A stretch of 64,000 bases of DNA from Paraspadella gotoi (GCA_051294375.1 CM119268.1:21844010-21908009), one strand, 5' to 3'. Shown: positions 39,901 to 53,800, counted from the stretch's first letter. Program-made: numbers and translations. Notes: generated by a model from the sequence alone, not told the origin.

Positions 39901-42900
39901 TTTGCCAATACAACGATTACTATGACAATAAATCGTTGTATTGGCAAACATAAACACATTCCTAATATTCACCTTAGCAACGAAAGAGAGAAAAATAATA
40001 TACAACCTTTTTATCTTAATTTTGCATGCAGTTTTATCAGGCTGTTTTATCGTGTTATCATTTTATCGTTTAGTATGTTGTGGATTTGACTCTTGTGTTA
40101 AAGGTAATATTTCAGTCTGACGGTATGACTTAGGCAAATTATCATTCTGGACCTAACAGGAACGCCTTTTAATGTCATAAGAAAAGAAAATATTGTTTCT
40201 AATAACTTTGACTGATAGTTTTGGACAGATGTTTAAAACGTATTTACGTATATTGTCAACGTGTTCAAGAAATTCAGAACGTCAATTAATTTTTTTATAT
40301 TACCTCATAACATCTCGGCTTTATTTTTTGTCAGACCTTCGTATAATTATAACGGTCTTATTCATTATAACATTCATCCATCCCAAGAATTCTCCTAACG
40401 ATTTCGTTTCTTCACTCTCCCCATTTTCTCCCGGGCACTCACCCGACTTCCCTTTTGTTCTCTCACAACACCAAAAATTTATCCCGCATCCAACGAAATG
40501 AAACTCACAACCTTTTTGTCCACTCTCCCGCGACCACGCCACACCCCCGCGACCACGCCACACCCTCGCTTTCCTCCGCCGCTTTACCCCGCATTCGAAA
40601 AGGCGGCGGCCCGGGAAAACAGTCAAAATCTAGAGCAGGCCTTGCATCAAACGGCCGAATTTTCCGACAAGTTGGAGGGGATGCTAACGGCGCTGAGCTC
40701 CACTGCCGAACAGGTGACGGGCGATTCGAATATTTTAGGTCTTCGTAAAATTATATGTGTTACCCAACTTGCTCTTTATGTGGGAGAAAAATCTTTGGCC
40801 TATGACGCTGACCACCACAACCTTCTGTTCATCCCCTCCCCGCAGGTTCAAAAGGCGGAACCCGTGTCGGCGCACCCCGACAAACTCCGCGAGCAGATCG
40901 AAGAGAACCGAGCGATCCTGGAGGATCTGGAGAAGAGGAAGGACGCGGTGGAGCACGTCAAGGCCGCCGCCGAAGAGTTGATCGCCAAGGGTGAGTCAAT
41001 GAAAGGTCGTTTGTCCTCTTGACGTCTATTTTTTAAACCCACACCTTCTTTGCTATCTATGTCGTCTTTTTCTGACAATTTGCCTCTCAGCCAAAATAGC
41101 GTTCGCCGGATTTAGAGGTAGATTCCATGTTTGTGTTTTTGACGAAAACTATATTCCGTGGACTCTCGATTCCTTTTGAGTTACCGCCTGGCGTTTGTTC
41201 TTCCGATCGGCTTGTCTTTTTAACCGACTGACCAACAAAAAAGACCTGAAACTTTTTATTAATTCTGCCGTGGATTTTGCTTTTTTTTTTGGTGAAGTGG
41301 GCACGAGTCTGTTCGTCTGCCTCTGAATATTTTTTTTTTTCATTTTAATATGAGTTTTCTTTGTTTTTTTTTGGTTTTTTTTCGCGACTGTCGAATGTCG
41401 AGTGGTGATTTTCGCCTAACGGTCTTGGCTTTTTTTTTCTCTTCTCCTTTCGCCGTCTCTCCGCTAATTCTTTTTCGGAGATGTCGACATGTAACTTATC
41501 CACATTCATCTCCTTTGTAAACATCTTCATTTTCTCATTAATCAAAGTCTATTCTCATCGACTTTTTTAAACCCTCATCCGCAGTTTTAACAATTAACAT
41601 TCAAATCGATTCTATTCTTTTCCTCAGGACAAGGCGACCCCAACGCCATCAGAGAAATCAACGATAAACTGGCGGAGTTGAATCAATTGTGGGATCGAGT
41701 CAACGAAGAGTCTTTGGGGCGGATCAAGACTCTGCAAGAAACTCTGGAGACATCCGACAAATTCTGGGCAGACCTCACTGAGATCATGCAAGTAAGTTCG
41801 CTTCCCCGCCCTAACCCTTTCCAGGAAACCAGAAATTAAATTTATCTTTCCTTCTTGCGCATTTTCTCGCAGGCGCTGAAAGAAATTCAAGAAAACTTGA
41901 GCACGTTGGAAGCCCCGAGCGTTGATCCGGGAATCGTGCGCGAGCAGCAAGACCTGCAAAATCAATTGAGGGAAGAGATGGAGATCATGAAACCTGACAT
42001 TGAGAACACGAAGATCGTTGGCCACGAACTGATGGCCCTTTGCGGAGAGCCCGACAGGTGGGTCAAATCGCCGAGAATATTATAATTCCGATGATTCCAA
42101 AGTCTTTGGAACCAAGTCAAAACAACTAAATATTAAATCCAATTACTTGTTCTTTTTTTTTCCCCGTTTTCCCCTTTCTCCAGACCCGAAGTCCAGAAGC
42201 AGCTGGACGAGCTCGACGCCGCCTGGACGGACGTGAACAAGGCCGTGGACGAGCGCGACGAGGCGCTGGAGAAGGCGCTGGACGAATCCTCCAAGTTCCA
42301 GGAGAAGCTGCTGGCCATCCTGGCCTGGCTCTCGACGGCCGAGGAGAAGTTCGAAGATCTGGGTCCCATCGGCGGAGACCTCGGCGCCATCAAGGATCAG
42401 ATCGATCATCTCAAGGACTTCAAGAACGAAGTCGACCCCAAACACGTGGACATCGAGTCGCTGAACCAACAGGCGTCCGAACTCCTCTCCGCCGACGCCA
42501 ATTCCAATCAGGCGGCGATGATTGTGGAGACTATGGACAACATCAACGATCGATGGACGCAGTTGCAGGCGTCAATGGGCGAGCGGCGCAACCGACTGCA
42601 ATCCGGCCTTATCAGCGTCGGCCAATTCCAGCACGCCCTCGACGAGATGGGCGCCTGGCTGGGGCGCGCCGAGGCGGCGCTGGAGGACGCTGCCGGGTCA
42701 GCCGCGGGCACCGGCGCCGGTGACGCAAAGAGGATCGAGATCGAGATGGCGAAACACAAGATCCTCGTCAACGACATCGCCGCGCATCAGGCGCAGCTGG
42801 ACTCGCTCAACGCTGCCGCCAAGCAGGTGTGGGGAGAGAGAGAGAGAGATATAAGAAAAAAGGGGGAAAAAAAAACAGAAGTAAAACAAAGGAAAAAACA

Positions 42901-44775
42901 AAATAATTGAGTGAAAAGGGAACAAAAAGGAACAAAAAGGAAAACGGAAGGAAAGATGAGCAAAAAAGAAAAGAGAAAGAAAAAAGTGAAAGAAGGAAAA
43001 AGATAAAAAGAATCGAAAGTAAGAAACAACAACAACAACAATTCTCTTCTCCCCTTAGATGTTGGCGGAAGAGTCCCTCGCCGACGACTCCCCAACCCTC
43101 GCCTCTCTTCGCGCCCTCAACGAAGGTTGGCGCCGCGTCAGCGACGACGCCAAACGGCGCCAGCGTCAACTCGAAGCCGCTCTCAAGGAAGCCGCCGCTT
43201 TTCAGAACGAGGTCGGCCGATTAACGTTTAATTAAATTTAATTTGATTTAATTTAATTTATTACTTAACTCATCGCCCTCTATTCTTGTTTCCAGGTGGC
43301 GGACACGATATTGTGGCTCTCTGAAGTTGACGCCCAGTTGGTGAGCTCTAAACCCGTTGGCGGTCTTCCTGAGACCGCGAAGGAGCAGTTGGAAAGATTC
43401 ATGGTCCTCTACAACGAAGTCGAAGCGGCAGAACCGAAGATCAAGCGGCTGCTGCAGATCGGCGACATTCTGACGGCAAGGTGAGGACGCGGAGGGATGA
43501 TGGGGGAAAGGGAAAGATGATGTGTATAGGGGGAAGCTGATGGAGAAAAAGACGCCGTCGCTGACTCGGTCCATCACCGCCATCTTCCAGGGCATCGGAA
43601 TCCGCCAAGCCCGAGGGCGAAGAGCCCGGCGGTGCCCTGTCCGCCCAGATGGACCACCTTCAGCGCCGATGGGATCTCCTCGGCGAGCGGGCCGCCGAGA
43701 GGAAGACCAAGCTGGAGGAGGCCCTCCAACAGGCTCAGGAATTCCACGAACAGTTGAACGGCTTCATCGCTTGGCTCACCAACACGGAGAAGACCCTCAA
43801 CGCCCTCAAGCCCGTTTCCAAGGACGTGGACGCCATCGCGGCGCAGATGGAGGAGCACGCCGCGTTGCAGCGGGACGTCGCCGCCCGACGCGACGACGCC
43901 TTGGCGCTGGACAAGGCGGGCACCCACCTCAAGTACTTTTGCCAGAAACAGGACGTCATCCTCATCAAGAACCTCCTCGTCTCCACGCAGCATCGGTGGG
44001 AGAAGATCGTCTCCAGGACGGCGGAGCGGGCGAGGGCGTTGGACAGAGGGCTCAAGGAGGCCAAACAGGTTGGGTGTTTTGGGGGAACCCATTGTCAGGG
44101 CGTTGAAATAGGGTTTGAGATGAGTCTGAACTAATACGACAAAGGTTTATAAAAAGAGTAAATTGTGGAAGACGATGCCGCGAGCAGTTTACCATCCGTT
44201 GCACACAAGGTCCCGAACTTCGGATCGGGCTGTAGTCCGACACTACAGGTGGGTTAGACGCCCCGTCCCGCTTTTACTTGTGTGAATCAGCAGGGCGCGA
44301 ACCCGAGTCCTTTGGGTTGGGAGGAGCTCGTGCTACCTCCGGCGCCATAGGTGCTGCTGATTCTCGGGCGAGTAGTGGGGTATGAAATACTACCACTACA
44401 AAATGAGATATAATTTGTAAACGGTAATCAATTAAATTTTATTAGAAAAAAGTGTTACAAATTAGAAATGTTGACATATGTGTTCACAAACAATGGAAAC
44501 CGGAAACAACTTGACAACTTTCCTCAAACGTCTCCCCCCACCTTTCGCTCTCCCCCCTCCCCTCAATCAGTTCCACGAGGCGTGGGACGACCTCTGCCTC
44601 TGGTTGGACGCGAGCGAAAATGTTCTCAACGAAGATCTCATCATCCCCAAAAATGATCCGGAGAAAATCAAAGCTCTTCTCGCCAAACACAAAGAATTCC
44701 AAAGGACGCTCGGAGCCAAACAAGTAAAGAGAGTGGAACTATGAAAAATGTGGGAAGGCAATAGAAATTGGGAAA

Positions 44776-44851
<76 letters not shown>

Positions 44852-47800
44852 CTCTCAAAAGATGCAGTACGACGGAACACTGCAATGGGCCGAGCGTTGA
44901 AGGAGAAGGCGGATCCAACCGCCGACGCCTCTCTCCTCCAAGCGCGACTCAACGAACTCAAAAACAAGTGAGCATCGCGCCAGCGACTTTGATATCATTC
45001 ATTCATTATAATTGATAATAATAATATTTAATATGAATAATATATTTTATTATAAATTTTATATTTATAATTTCAAGATATTATTTATTTATAAAACGCG
45101 AAACAAAAGGGCAACCGCGAAAGGTCTCGTTTTTAATCCCCTATCCTCCGATTTTCTCGGTCAGATGGAACTCCGTTTGCGGTAAATCCGTGGAACGCCA
45201 ACGGAAATTAGAGGAGGCTCTGCTCTTTTCCGGCCAGTTTAAGGTTTGCATTTCGCTCTCATTATTCGAATTTAATTCATTAATTGATTATGTTAAATTA
45301 TTCCCCCGACCCCGGCAGGACGCGCTGCAAGCGTTGTTGGACTGGCTCTACCACGTGGAGCCCCAACTGTCCGAGGATCACCCTCTTCACGGTGACCTGG
45401 ACACAGTCAACTCTCTCTGTGATCAACATCGGGTGCTTCAAAACGAAATGGAAACTAAGACGCATCAGGTGAGAGATGGATTTCGCTTTTACTTTTTTTG
45501 AATCAATTCTTTTTTCCTTCCTTCTTTATTATTTTCCAGTCGAGGTTAAAACATAAAATAGTTTTCGTTAAACCAACTTACCCAAACTATCCCTACCTGT
45601 AAATAGAAGAGAAAAAAAATTTTAATTACGTTTTTAATAACAAAGTTTTTGATTTACGTTTTTTAAACTAAATATATCCCGCATTATGTAGGGACTTGAT
45701 CCAAAATCGTGTTCAAGCGAACCGAACTTTTCTTTTTCACATTTTGTTGCCGACGAATCCTTACCTCACCTTCCCTTCGATACGCGAGTCTTTTCGAACC
45801 TCATGCTTTCTTCCGTCCTTTTCTTTTCCCCAGATCTCGTCTCTCACTCGAGATGTAAAGAGGATTTTGTCGTGGCGCGACGACGAAATCGAGGTTCTTT
45901 CCCTTTTTTTCCCCCTAACGAAAAAAAAAAGACCAAAAAAAAAAAAGACTAACATCGCACGTTACGACTTTTCGTTTTGCACGCGAACACCAGATGGATA
46001 GAAATAAAAAATAAACAAAAGGGCCTTAGTTAGTCTCGATCGCAGTCTCGGCTTTAGATATAGACGATCGGCCTTCCGTTTGATATAAGGGGGGGGTGGG
46101 CTGGGCTTGGGGGGGGGATAAGGATATAAAACGGTTGTTGGGGGTCGCATGTAAACTTCTGTTTGCCGAGTAGAATCTTTTATTTCCGAGGGATTTAGTT
46201 TTTATGGAGCGGAATGTTTCTTTTCGTGTCACCACTCAGGGAAACTACGAAGTTCGATCAGATGTGAAAAACCAAATATATGTCGTCACTTTTAAACTAA
46301 TTCATGTAGTTCACGTTTCACATCTTCTCAAACGTCGTTTCTTGTCTTTGCGCCACCGGCCAATCAGGCCCACGGGCTTTCTCTGTCCTCAACGACATTT
46401 GCGATTGGATTCTCATTCCGACTTTTTCCTCTTCCTCTTCCCTCTCTCGCAGGTGGCCTCAGTGAGGCAAAGCGCCAAGGATTTGCTCGAAACTTCCGCC
46501 GAAGACGTGACGAACCTTCAGACGCAACTCTTGGACTTGACGACGAGATGGGACAACGTCAACCAGTTGAACTCGTCGAAGGACAAACGACTCCAGGTTG
46601 GCGGGTTGAGGAGGGCGGGGTTGGACATTGGATGACAGGATGATCCGTAGATGGATCCGGAAAGATTTATGCTCGGTTGGTTAAATGGGATAGAGAAAAC
46701 AAGTCTGACATCCCGGTTTATTTGAACAATTAAGGTTTTACTTGCTGTTGTCCTAAATTTTTTAGTGATTACCTTCGACCCCTACCTTTACAAAGAGTCA
46801 TTGAGACATTATTCAAAAACCATTTCTAAATACCCTTTCGCCCACTCCCCCCCCTCCGACCCTTAGGACGCGTTGGCCGAGGCGGAAAAGTTCCACCGCT
46901 CCACCAACATGATGCTCGAGTTTCTCAACGAAGCCGAGCGTCAACTCCAATCCGCCAACGCCACGCCCATTTCCGGGACGGTCCCCGGCGGCGCCCCGCC
47001 CACCGCCGCCGAGGAGGAGGCCATCGAGGCCGCGTTGGAGGATGCCAGAAATTTTAGGTAAAGAAATGGCGGGAGATGTTTGAGTCAGGACGAAGATGAT
47101 GTCAAGAAAAAGATGCGACACTTCATTATCTGATTTATTTTCATTTTAGTTTTATTTCATTTCATTCTGCATCTATTCATTTATTGTTCATTACTGTTCA
47201 TTGACTATTCATCGCTTTTTCCACTTCAGCGACCATGAGTTATTATTAATCGTTGTTGCGTTTCCTTTCGAGATCTGAAGATCCTTTCATTTTTCTTCTT
47301 AAACAACCCCCCCCCCCACGCCCTCTCTCCCTCCTTCCAGAGAAAACTTCAATTCCCACGAAGAGAACCTGGAGTCCGTCCTGAGTCAGGGTCGCGAGAT
47401 CCTGAGCAAGTGTCACCCCGACGCGGTGACGACGATGAAGCACTGGCTCTCGATCCTTCAGAGTCGGTGGGACGACGTCGTGGCCAGAGCCAAGCAAAGG
47501 GAGAAGAAGCTCAGCGATCAGCTCTTCAAGGTTTGGATTTCGAGGCCGAGTTGGAATCGGTTTCAAGTGGAGGATTCTGACTTCGTCTTTGATATTCTAT
47601 CTCCTTTCGACGTTCCTTCACTTTTCTTTTCTCTTTTTATTTTCTTTTTCTTCTCTTCAATTTCTCTTTCTCCCCATTTTTCGACATTTTACTTTCTATT
47701 TTTCTCTCTTTCCCATTTTTCTTCCGTTCCCTTTCATTTTTCTTTACCTCATCCCATTTCCCTCTTTCCTTCTTATACATTTTCTCCTTTTCTCTCACCC

Positions 47801-50800
47801 TTCTCCTCTCCTTTCTCCTTTGCCCCTTTTTCACCTCTGCCCTCTCCTCCAGACCCGCGAGGACTCTGCCATGTTAGAAGAGATCATGGCCTGGCTGACC
47901 GGCGCCGAAGCGACGTTGACGGCGGCCGACGCCCTTCCCGACCCCAAGGAAATCCCCCAGATAAACGCCCTGCTCGACGATCACAGGTCCGCGGAGTTTC
48001 ATCGTTCAAATGTTATTCATATGAACCCCACAGTGCAATTTTCTTCTCTTCCTCCCCACAGCGAATTCGAGAACGAAATGTCGAAGCGTCAACCCGACGT
48101 CGACAAACTGACTCAACCCGGGAAACGAAAGAGGGAGCGCCGCCTCTCATCGGACTCGAATCATAGCGGCGCCTCTGGGCCGACAGATCCGTCGCCGGCC
48201 AAGCGGAATTTGGGTGAGGGGGGGGGAATGATGATGAAAATTAAAAATATTTTTAAAGAAAATATAGAACTAAAAAAAATATGACATAATTACATAATAA
48301 TTCGTTAAATTTGCAAAGTAATAAAGACAATATCCATCGCAATACAATCGACCTTGATTCCAAAGCCCGCAAATTTACCGCATCCTCTTTCCAACCCCAC
48401 AAATTCACCACAACCTCTACCCCCGCCCACCAGGCGCCGCCACGACTCCTTCGATGGGAAGCCGTTCCAGCATCCCTAACTCGGCGGGCGGCGTCGCCGG
48501 CGCCAAACGCGGCGTCAAGGAAGACCGCAAGGCGCCGGGAGTGGGACGTTCCGGCGCCAAGGAGGCCGAACCCCTGCTCAGCCCCCAAGTCAACGCCCTT
48601 CACAACAAGTGGCGGCACGTTTGGCTCATGTCGATGGACAGGAGAAGAAAGTTGCAGGTAGGGATCGATGGGGGTTGGTTCGGACTGGGCCACTGATTAA
48701 AAGTTTTAATTATTAAATAAATTAAAAGTAAATTAATTTTTTCTTTTTCCTTCAGAATCTCCTGGAAGAGCTGCAGGAACTAGACAAACTAAAGAACTTC
48801 AGCTTCGACGAATGGCGACTTCGTTACATGAAATGGCACAATCACAAAAAGTCGAGAGTCATGGACTTTTTCCGCCACCAAGACAAAGATCACGACGGGA
48901 AACTCACCCGGAAAGAGTTCATCGACGGGATACTTGGTCAGTTTTTTGGAAATATTTATACGTAGTTACTAAATGTTAATTTAGTGAGATATGATAAGAT
49001 ATGAAAATGTTGATTCGTAATGTTTCGGCGGAGAGCCAAACCCAAAACTGATCGCTGATATTATTTATCCCTACCTTTCCCCACCTCCTCTGTACTCCCA
49101 ACACTCCCCTCCCTCCCTCCAGGCTCCAAATTCCCCACCTCTCGCCTGGAGATGAACGCGGTGGCCGACATCTTCGATCGCAACGGCGACGGGATGATCG
49201 ACTACAAGGAATTCATCGCCGCCCTTCGCCCGGAGCGGGAAAGGTCCAAGCCAAAGTCCGACACGGAAAAAATCGAGGACGAAGTCAAGACTCAAGTCGC
49301 CAAGTGCACCTGCCCGCAGCGATACAGGTGCCGCATTGGTTGGCGGGATGCTAGGGTTTATTAGGGATGACCAAGGGGAGGTTGTCTCAAGTTGATCTCA
49401 AGGCCGCGAGTATCGTTGGAGATGTTTTTTGTTTAAAGATAATAATTACATAAAGATTCAATCTCTGTATTATTACTTTAGATCATCTTGACCAACTTTT
49501 TCTAATCATTTTATAATCACTAAAACATCACAAATTAGATTTTTTTTTGGGGGGGAGGAGATATCGCTTTGCCAAATATCAACTAATGCTCAAATATCGC
49601 AGGTCTACTGTTTCTTTTTTAGTTTATTCCTCCTTTTTTTTTAGTTTTGAATCCCTTTCTTTATTTACATTTTTTTAAAGAAATTGGATTGAAAAAAAAT
49701 CACGGTCCCATTCTCTCCCTCTATCCGTCTTATCCCTTTTTTTTTTTTTGGATTTTCCCGCCATTTTTTCTCCCCCAAATTCGAATTATCTCTCCTTCCC
49801 CTCGTCCCCGCCCTCACCCGGGGGAACTCCTTACCCGTTAAACCCGTTTTCGTTTCCTTAGCATTTCTCTCGACGAGTGGAATGACGTCATGATTTGTGT
49901 GAACGATGGGTAAGAACTAAGGAAGGAGGNNNNNNNNNNGGAGGAAAACTCTCTCTCTTCCTCTCTCTCGCGTTAGCGTTCATTTTAACCCGGAAACTCG
50001 TCTACTAAGGGGGGGGGTAAGGGAGGGGGGGTTTCTGAGAAGTAGCGGCCTCCCCTTCTCCCTCCTGGTTAACTCTCACGTATCTTATTTCGGCGGTGGA
50101 TTGTGTACAGGATCCACAGGGTGTTTGTTATGTCGACTTCATCCGTTAACAGCACTTTCTCTCTCTCTAAAAAAAAAAAAGGATTTGTGGCTCTTTTGTT
50201 TTTAACCCAAGAAACTAATATGATTTTGTCGTAGAACAGAAAAAAAAAACAACCGCGCGGTGGCGTTGGAAACGGTCGTCGCGGATTCCGATTTTATTTT
50301 TCATTAACGCTAAAGTTTGTAACATTAAACATCGTAGAAGCGTAAAATGTAAACTAACCAGATTCAGGGTTAAGATTTTCAATTGTATTATTTAGTTTTT
50401 TCTAAACTGGATCCGCGATGCGATCGGACCGAGTCGCCGTTTAACTCTTCATGTTATAACTGGTTTTTGTTCTGTAGCATGGATGACAGGGAATGGTTTT
50501 TTCACCGTAGACTTCGTTTCGGCATTCTCGGTATCATTTTAACTTTTTCGGGCATGGTGTGGCGATATGGAAACAGAATGAGTGGCATGGCGACATGCAT
50601 CTTGATAACGAAGAAGGTTCAACAGTAACAACGTTTTGGACATGGGGATGCGAAGAAGATGATTGTTGAAATCGGTAACATTTTATGAGCATTGGGCAGT
50701 AAAATAAGATACTGTGGATACTGGACATCGGGAATAATGGTCATTTTACATGGTTTGGGTGTGGAAGGGGTTAAGAGAGAGACAGGCTTTTCTCTCTCGC

Positions 50801-53800
50801 TCTCTCTGCATTAGTCTCGTTAACCTCGAGAATATTTACATTATTTATATTATTCTCTCAATCATCTGAAAAAAAAAACAACAAATTTTTCCGACATACA
50901 TACTCTACGTTAATATATGATTTTTAAATTAGAATTGATTTGCGCATTCATGTATTTTTTTTATTTATACCCGCCCCCTCGGCTTCATGTAGCTCGGTTT
51001 TCAGAATCGGCCATGTTTATTTATTATTTTTTGTAGCGAAACAACAAGAAACACGACATTACTAAATTATTACTCGCATCAAATTTATTCTTTTCCTAAT
51101 TCATTTTTTCGAGTCGGGAGGAAATTTCCCGCTCGCTCGGTTATCGTCAGATATCTTTTTGTTTCGATTCCCTTTTGTTTCATCTGTTATTCTCTTCTTT
51201 TTTTCGACGCAGGGTGGAGATGGTGGGCGAAGGACGATTTAAATTCGGTGAATCGCAAAAGCTCCGCCTCGTTCGCATTTTGCAGGTGATAAAGTGACAC
51301 GGCGACGCAACTTCTTCTCGAATGTTAATTAATTTATTAATTTAATTGATAAAATCATAAACATAACTTCATATTTTTTTTTTTAATTCTCCAGAGCACT
51401 GTCATGGTACGCGTAGGAGGGGGCTGGGTGGCCCTAGACGAATTCCTAGTCAAGAATGATCCATGCCGAGCCAAAGGTAAATATTACTGTTTGTGTTATT
51501 TTATTTGAATTTACGCTGGGATAGTTTTTTATACGTCCCCTATTTTTGGCTCAAAAATTCGTTCTTTTGTTTTTTGCGAGACAATATATTCTATTTTTGT
51601 CTTTTTGTTCTTTTCAAAAATATTTTTCAACTCGCGTGTGAAATTTTGTGATTTACAAGAACCAGTAGTTTTCAAAACTTGTAAACAAAACATTTCATTT
51701 GACCAAATTAAAAACACAATAAGTGATCGGGGTGGAAGCCAACGACTATCACCCCCGCGTCTTCCGTCTTTCTCTCACGGGAGAAATTTGCGAAGATTGT
51801 CAGAGTCGGGGCGCCGCGCCCTACGGCCCCCGCCCTTCCCTCACCCCCTCCTCCTCATCCGACCTCCCCTCGTTCCCACAACCCCGACGGCACACCGTCA
51901 TTGGCGGCGCACCCGGGGGCAAGACTCCCGGGGTCGTTCCGGGATCGCTCCTTCAAGGTTGGTCGTCGCCTCCGGTGAAGGGAGAGACGGGAGTGAGAGA
52001 GAGAGAGAGAGGGAGAGACGGGAGTGAGAGGGAGAGACTGGAGTGAGACGAGGAGGCCGATTTTTCCTTCGATTGACTTGCGCTTTTGGCTTCTTTGTTG
52101 TTGTTGTTGTCATTAACTCTCGCGCGGATCGACGTTTGCAGTTTCGTTTGTCGTTGTTGTTGTTCGTCGATCCGTTTTTAACTCACTTAACGAAACTTGA
52201 GCCTAATCGAGACGAAAAGTAGCGAAGAACGAGACTTAGTTATTAAAAGTAGAAAATCTGCGCTCGGGTTTTTGTTAGTGAATGGCTTTTCGCTCTTAAA
52301 AAATCGTCTCGACAGCTCATCTCATTTCTTTGTCGTCGTCGTCGTCGTCGTCAAGTGTGCGTCATCGGTGATGGAGTTCTTCTTTTTTTTTTCAAATCAC
52401 TTCTTCGTTGCCGCGCGATGTTTCTCACATTCGCCGTTTATTTCATTAATTTTCACTTTCAGTTTCACTTTAGAATATGACAGTTTTGTCGCTTTTCATC
52501 AAAAATGTATTATTTCCTTTTTCTATTTCCTAAGCCTAATTTGTTCGGTTTTTTTTTTCGAATTTCACTTTTTCTTTTTTTAAATATTTCCTCATTTTTG
52601 ACAAATTGAAGGAAATTCGTCCCAAACCGCAGAAACTGAAAAGAAAGATAAACTGAGATGGATTCTCTTTCCTTCGTGATCTTCGATTTAATCGTTTTGC
52701 GGTTTTTGCTTTACTTTTTATTATCGTGCTGTGTTCGCGCGGACCTAAAGTCTCAAAGTCTTTAATAATTTAAAAATAAAAAAAAGCTCCAGCTTCTAAA
52801 CATTCAAAACTTGGTTCTTTAAATACCGAGCAAATCGTATACTACAACGGGAATCGTTTTCACAAGCGAATCATACTGTTTGTTTAATACCGCATGTTTA
52901 TTGTTTATTGTTGATGCCAGTGTGGCAGTGGATGTTTACGACACCAGATCGAGTGTCGTCAACGTCTCTTGCCACAACAGAATCCTTCTCGTATTATATA
53001 GATTAATAGAAAGCGCGAATCTCTTCGCCCCCCTCTCCCCCCCTTCTCTACATCGGCGGTCTCAGGGAATCGCGAGCGGAAGTCGGCGTCAGTGAGGAAG
53101 AGAGACGCTCTGCAACGAAGTAAACTCTTGGTTAATCTCATTTTTCTCTCTTCAGACTTAACAGCACTTCCACAGTGGATAGCCGAGTCGGGAGCGGAAG
53201 ACTTTTATATTTTGGCACAGTGGCGAGCAGTGTGACTTTTTTTTTTTAGCATCACGCATTGATTTCCTTTTTATTTCGAGTGGGTCATTATATTTTCACC
53301 CGTGGTTGACAAGATTTGCGCGTCTCGTCTCATATCTGAAATTCGATTGCCCACTTTACACGAGTTTTCATTCAGCCAAAGTTGATTCATTTTTCCGGAA
53401 CAGATTTTCAGAAAGGACGTGACTATTCATTAAACGTTTTTCTCTTCTCTTCTCTTCTCTTCTCTTCTCTTCTCCTCTCTTTTCTCCTCACCTCCACGCC
53501 CAGGCGAACCCCGTCGCCCATCTTTCTTCGCCGCGACGGAGGCGGCGTTGCGTCGTTTCGCGGCGTCTCACGCTCTCAACCCTCGACCTTATCCTCGTAA
53601 CTACCGTTACTCTTATCGATCTCGCGCCGTCGACGTGGACAAGTCGGTTTCGACTCCAACGTCGCCGGAGCCTCCTATCTCCACCCCTCTTCAACACCTT
53701 CAACGACGCCCTCTTCTTCGACGGCCACGCCCACGACGCCCATCTTTCGCTCACCGCCTCCCTCAGTCTCCCCGCCGATTTCGCCCGCGCGTCTCCGTCC

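Noticed and set aside
40498-40602. In-frame ATG upstream of the rod exon at about 40603
   Set aside because: Short C-rich pre-acceptor tract that is open by composition; no promoter cue, and normal splicing explains the exon.
41481-41490. ATG TCG ACA T|gtaact as an alternative first exon
   Set aside because: Splicing to the next acceptor (41628) creates TGA immediately.
48433-48657. SSIP motif and basic insert in the last spectrin repeat
   Set aside because: A comparable disordered insert occurs at this position in known spectraplakins, so it is not novel.
52921-53235. Several AG-bounded short open segments after the GAR exon
   Set aside because: The phases do not chain, or they need implausibly short introns; the acceptor at 53156 gives only a short peptide with no other support.
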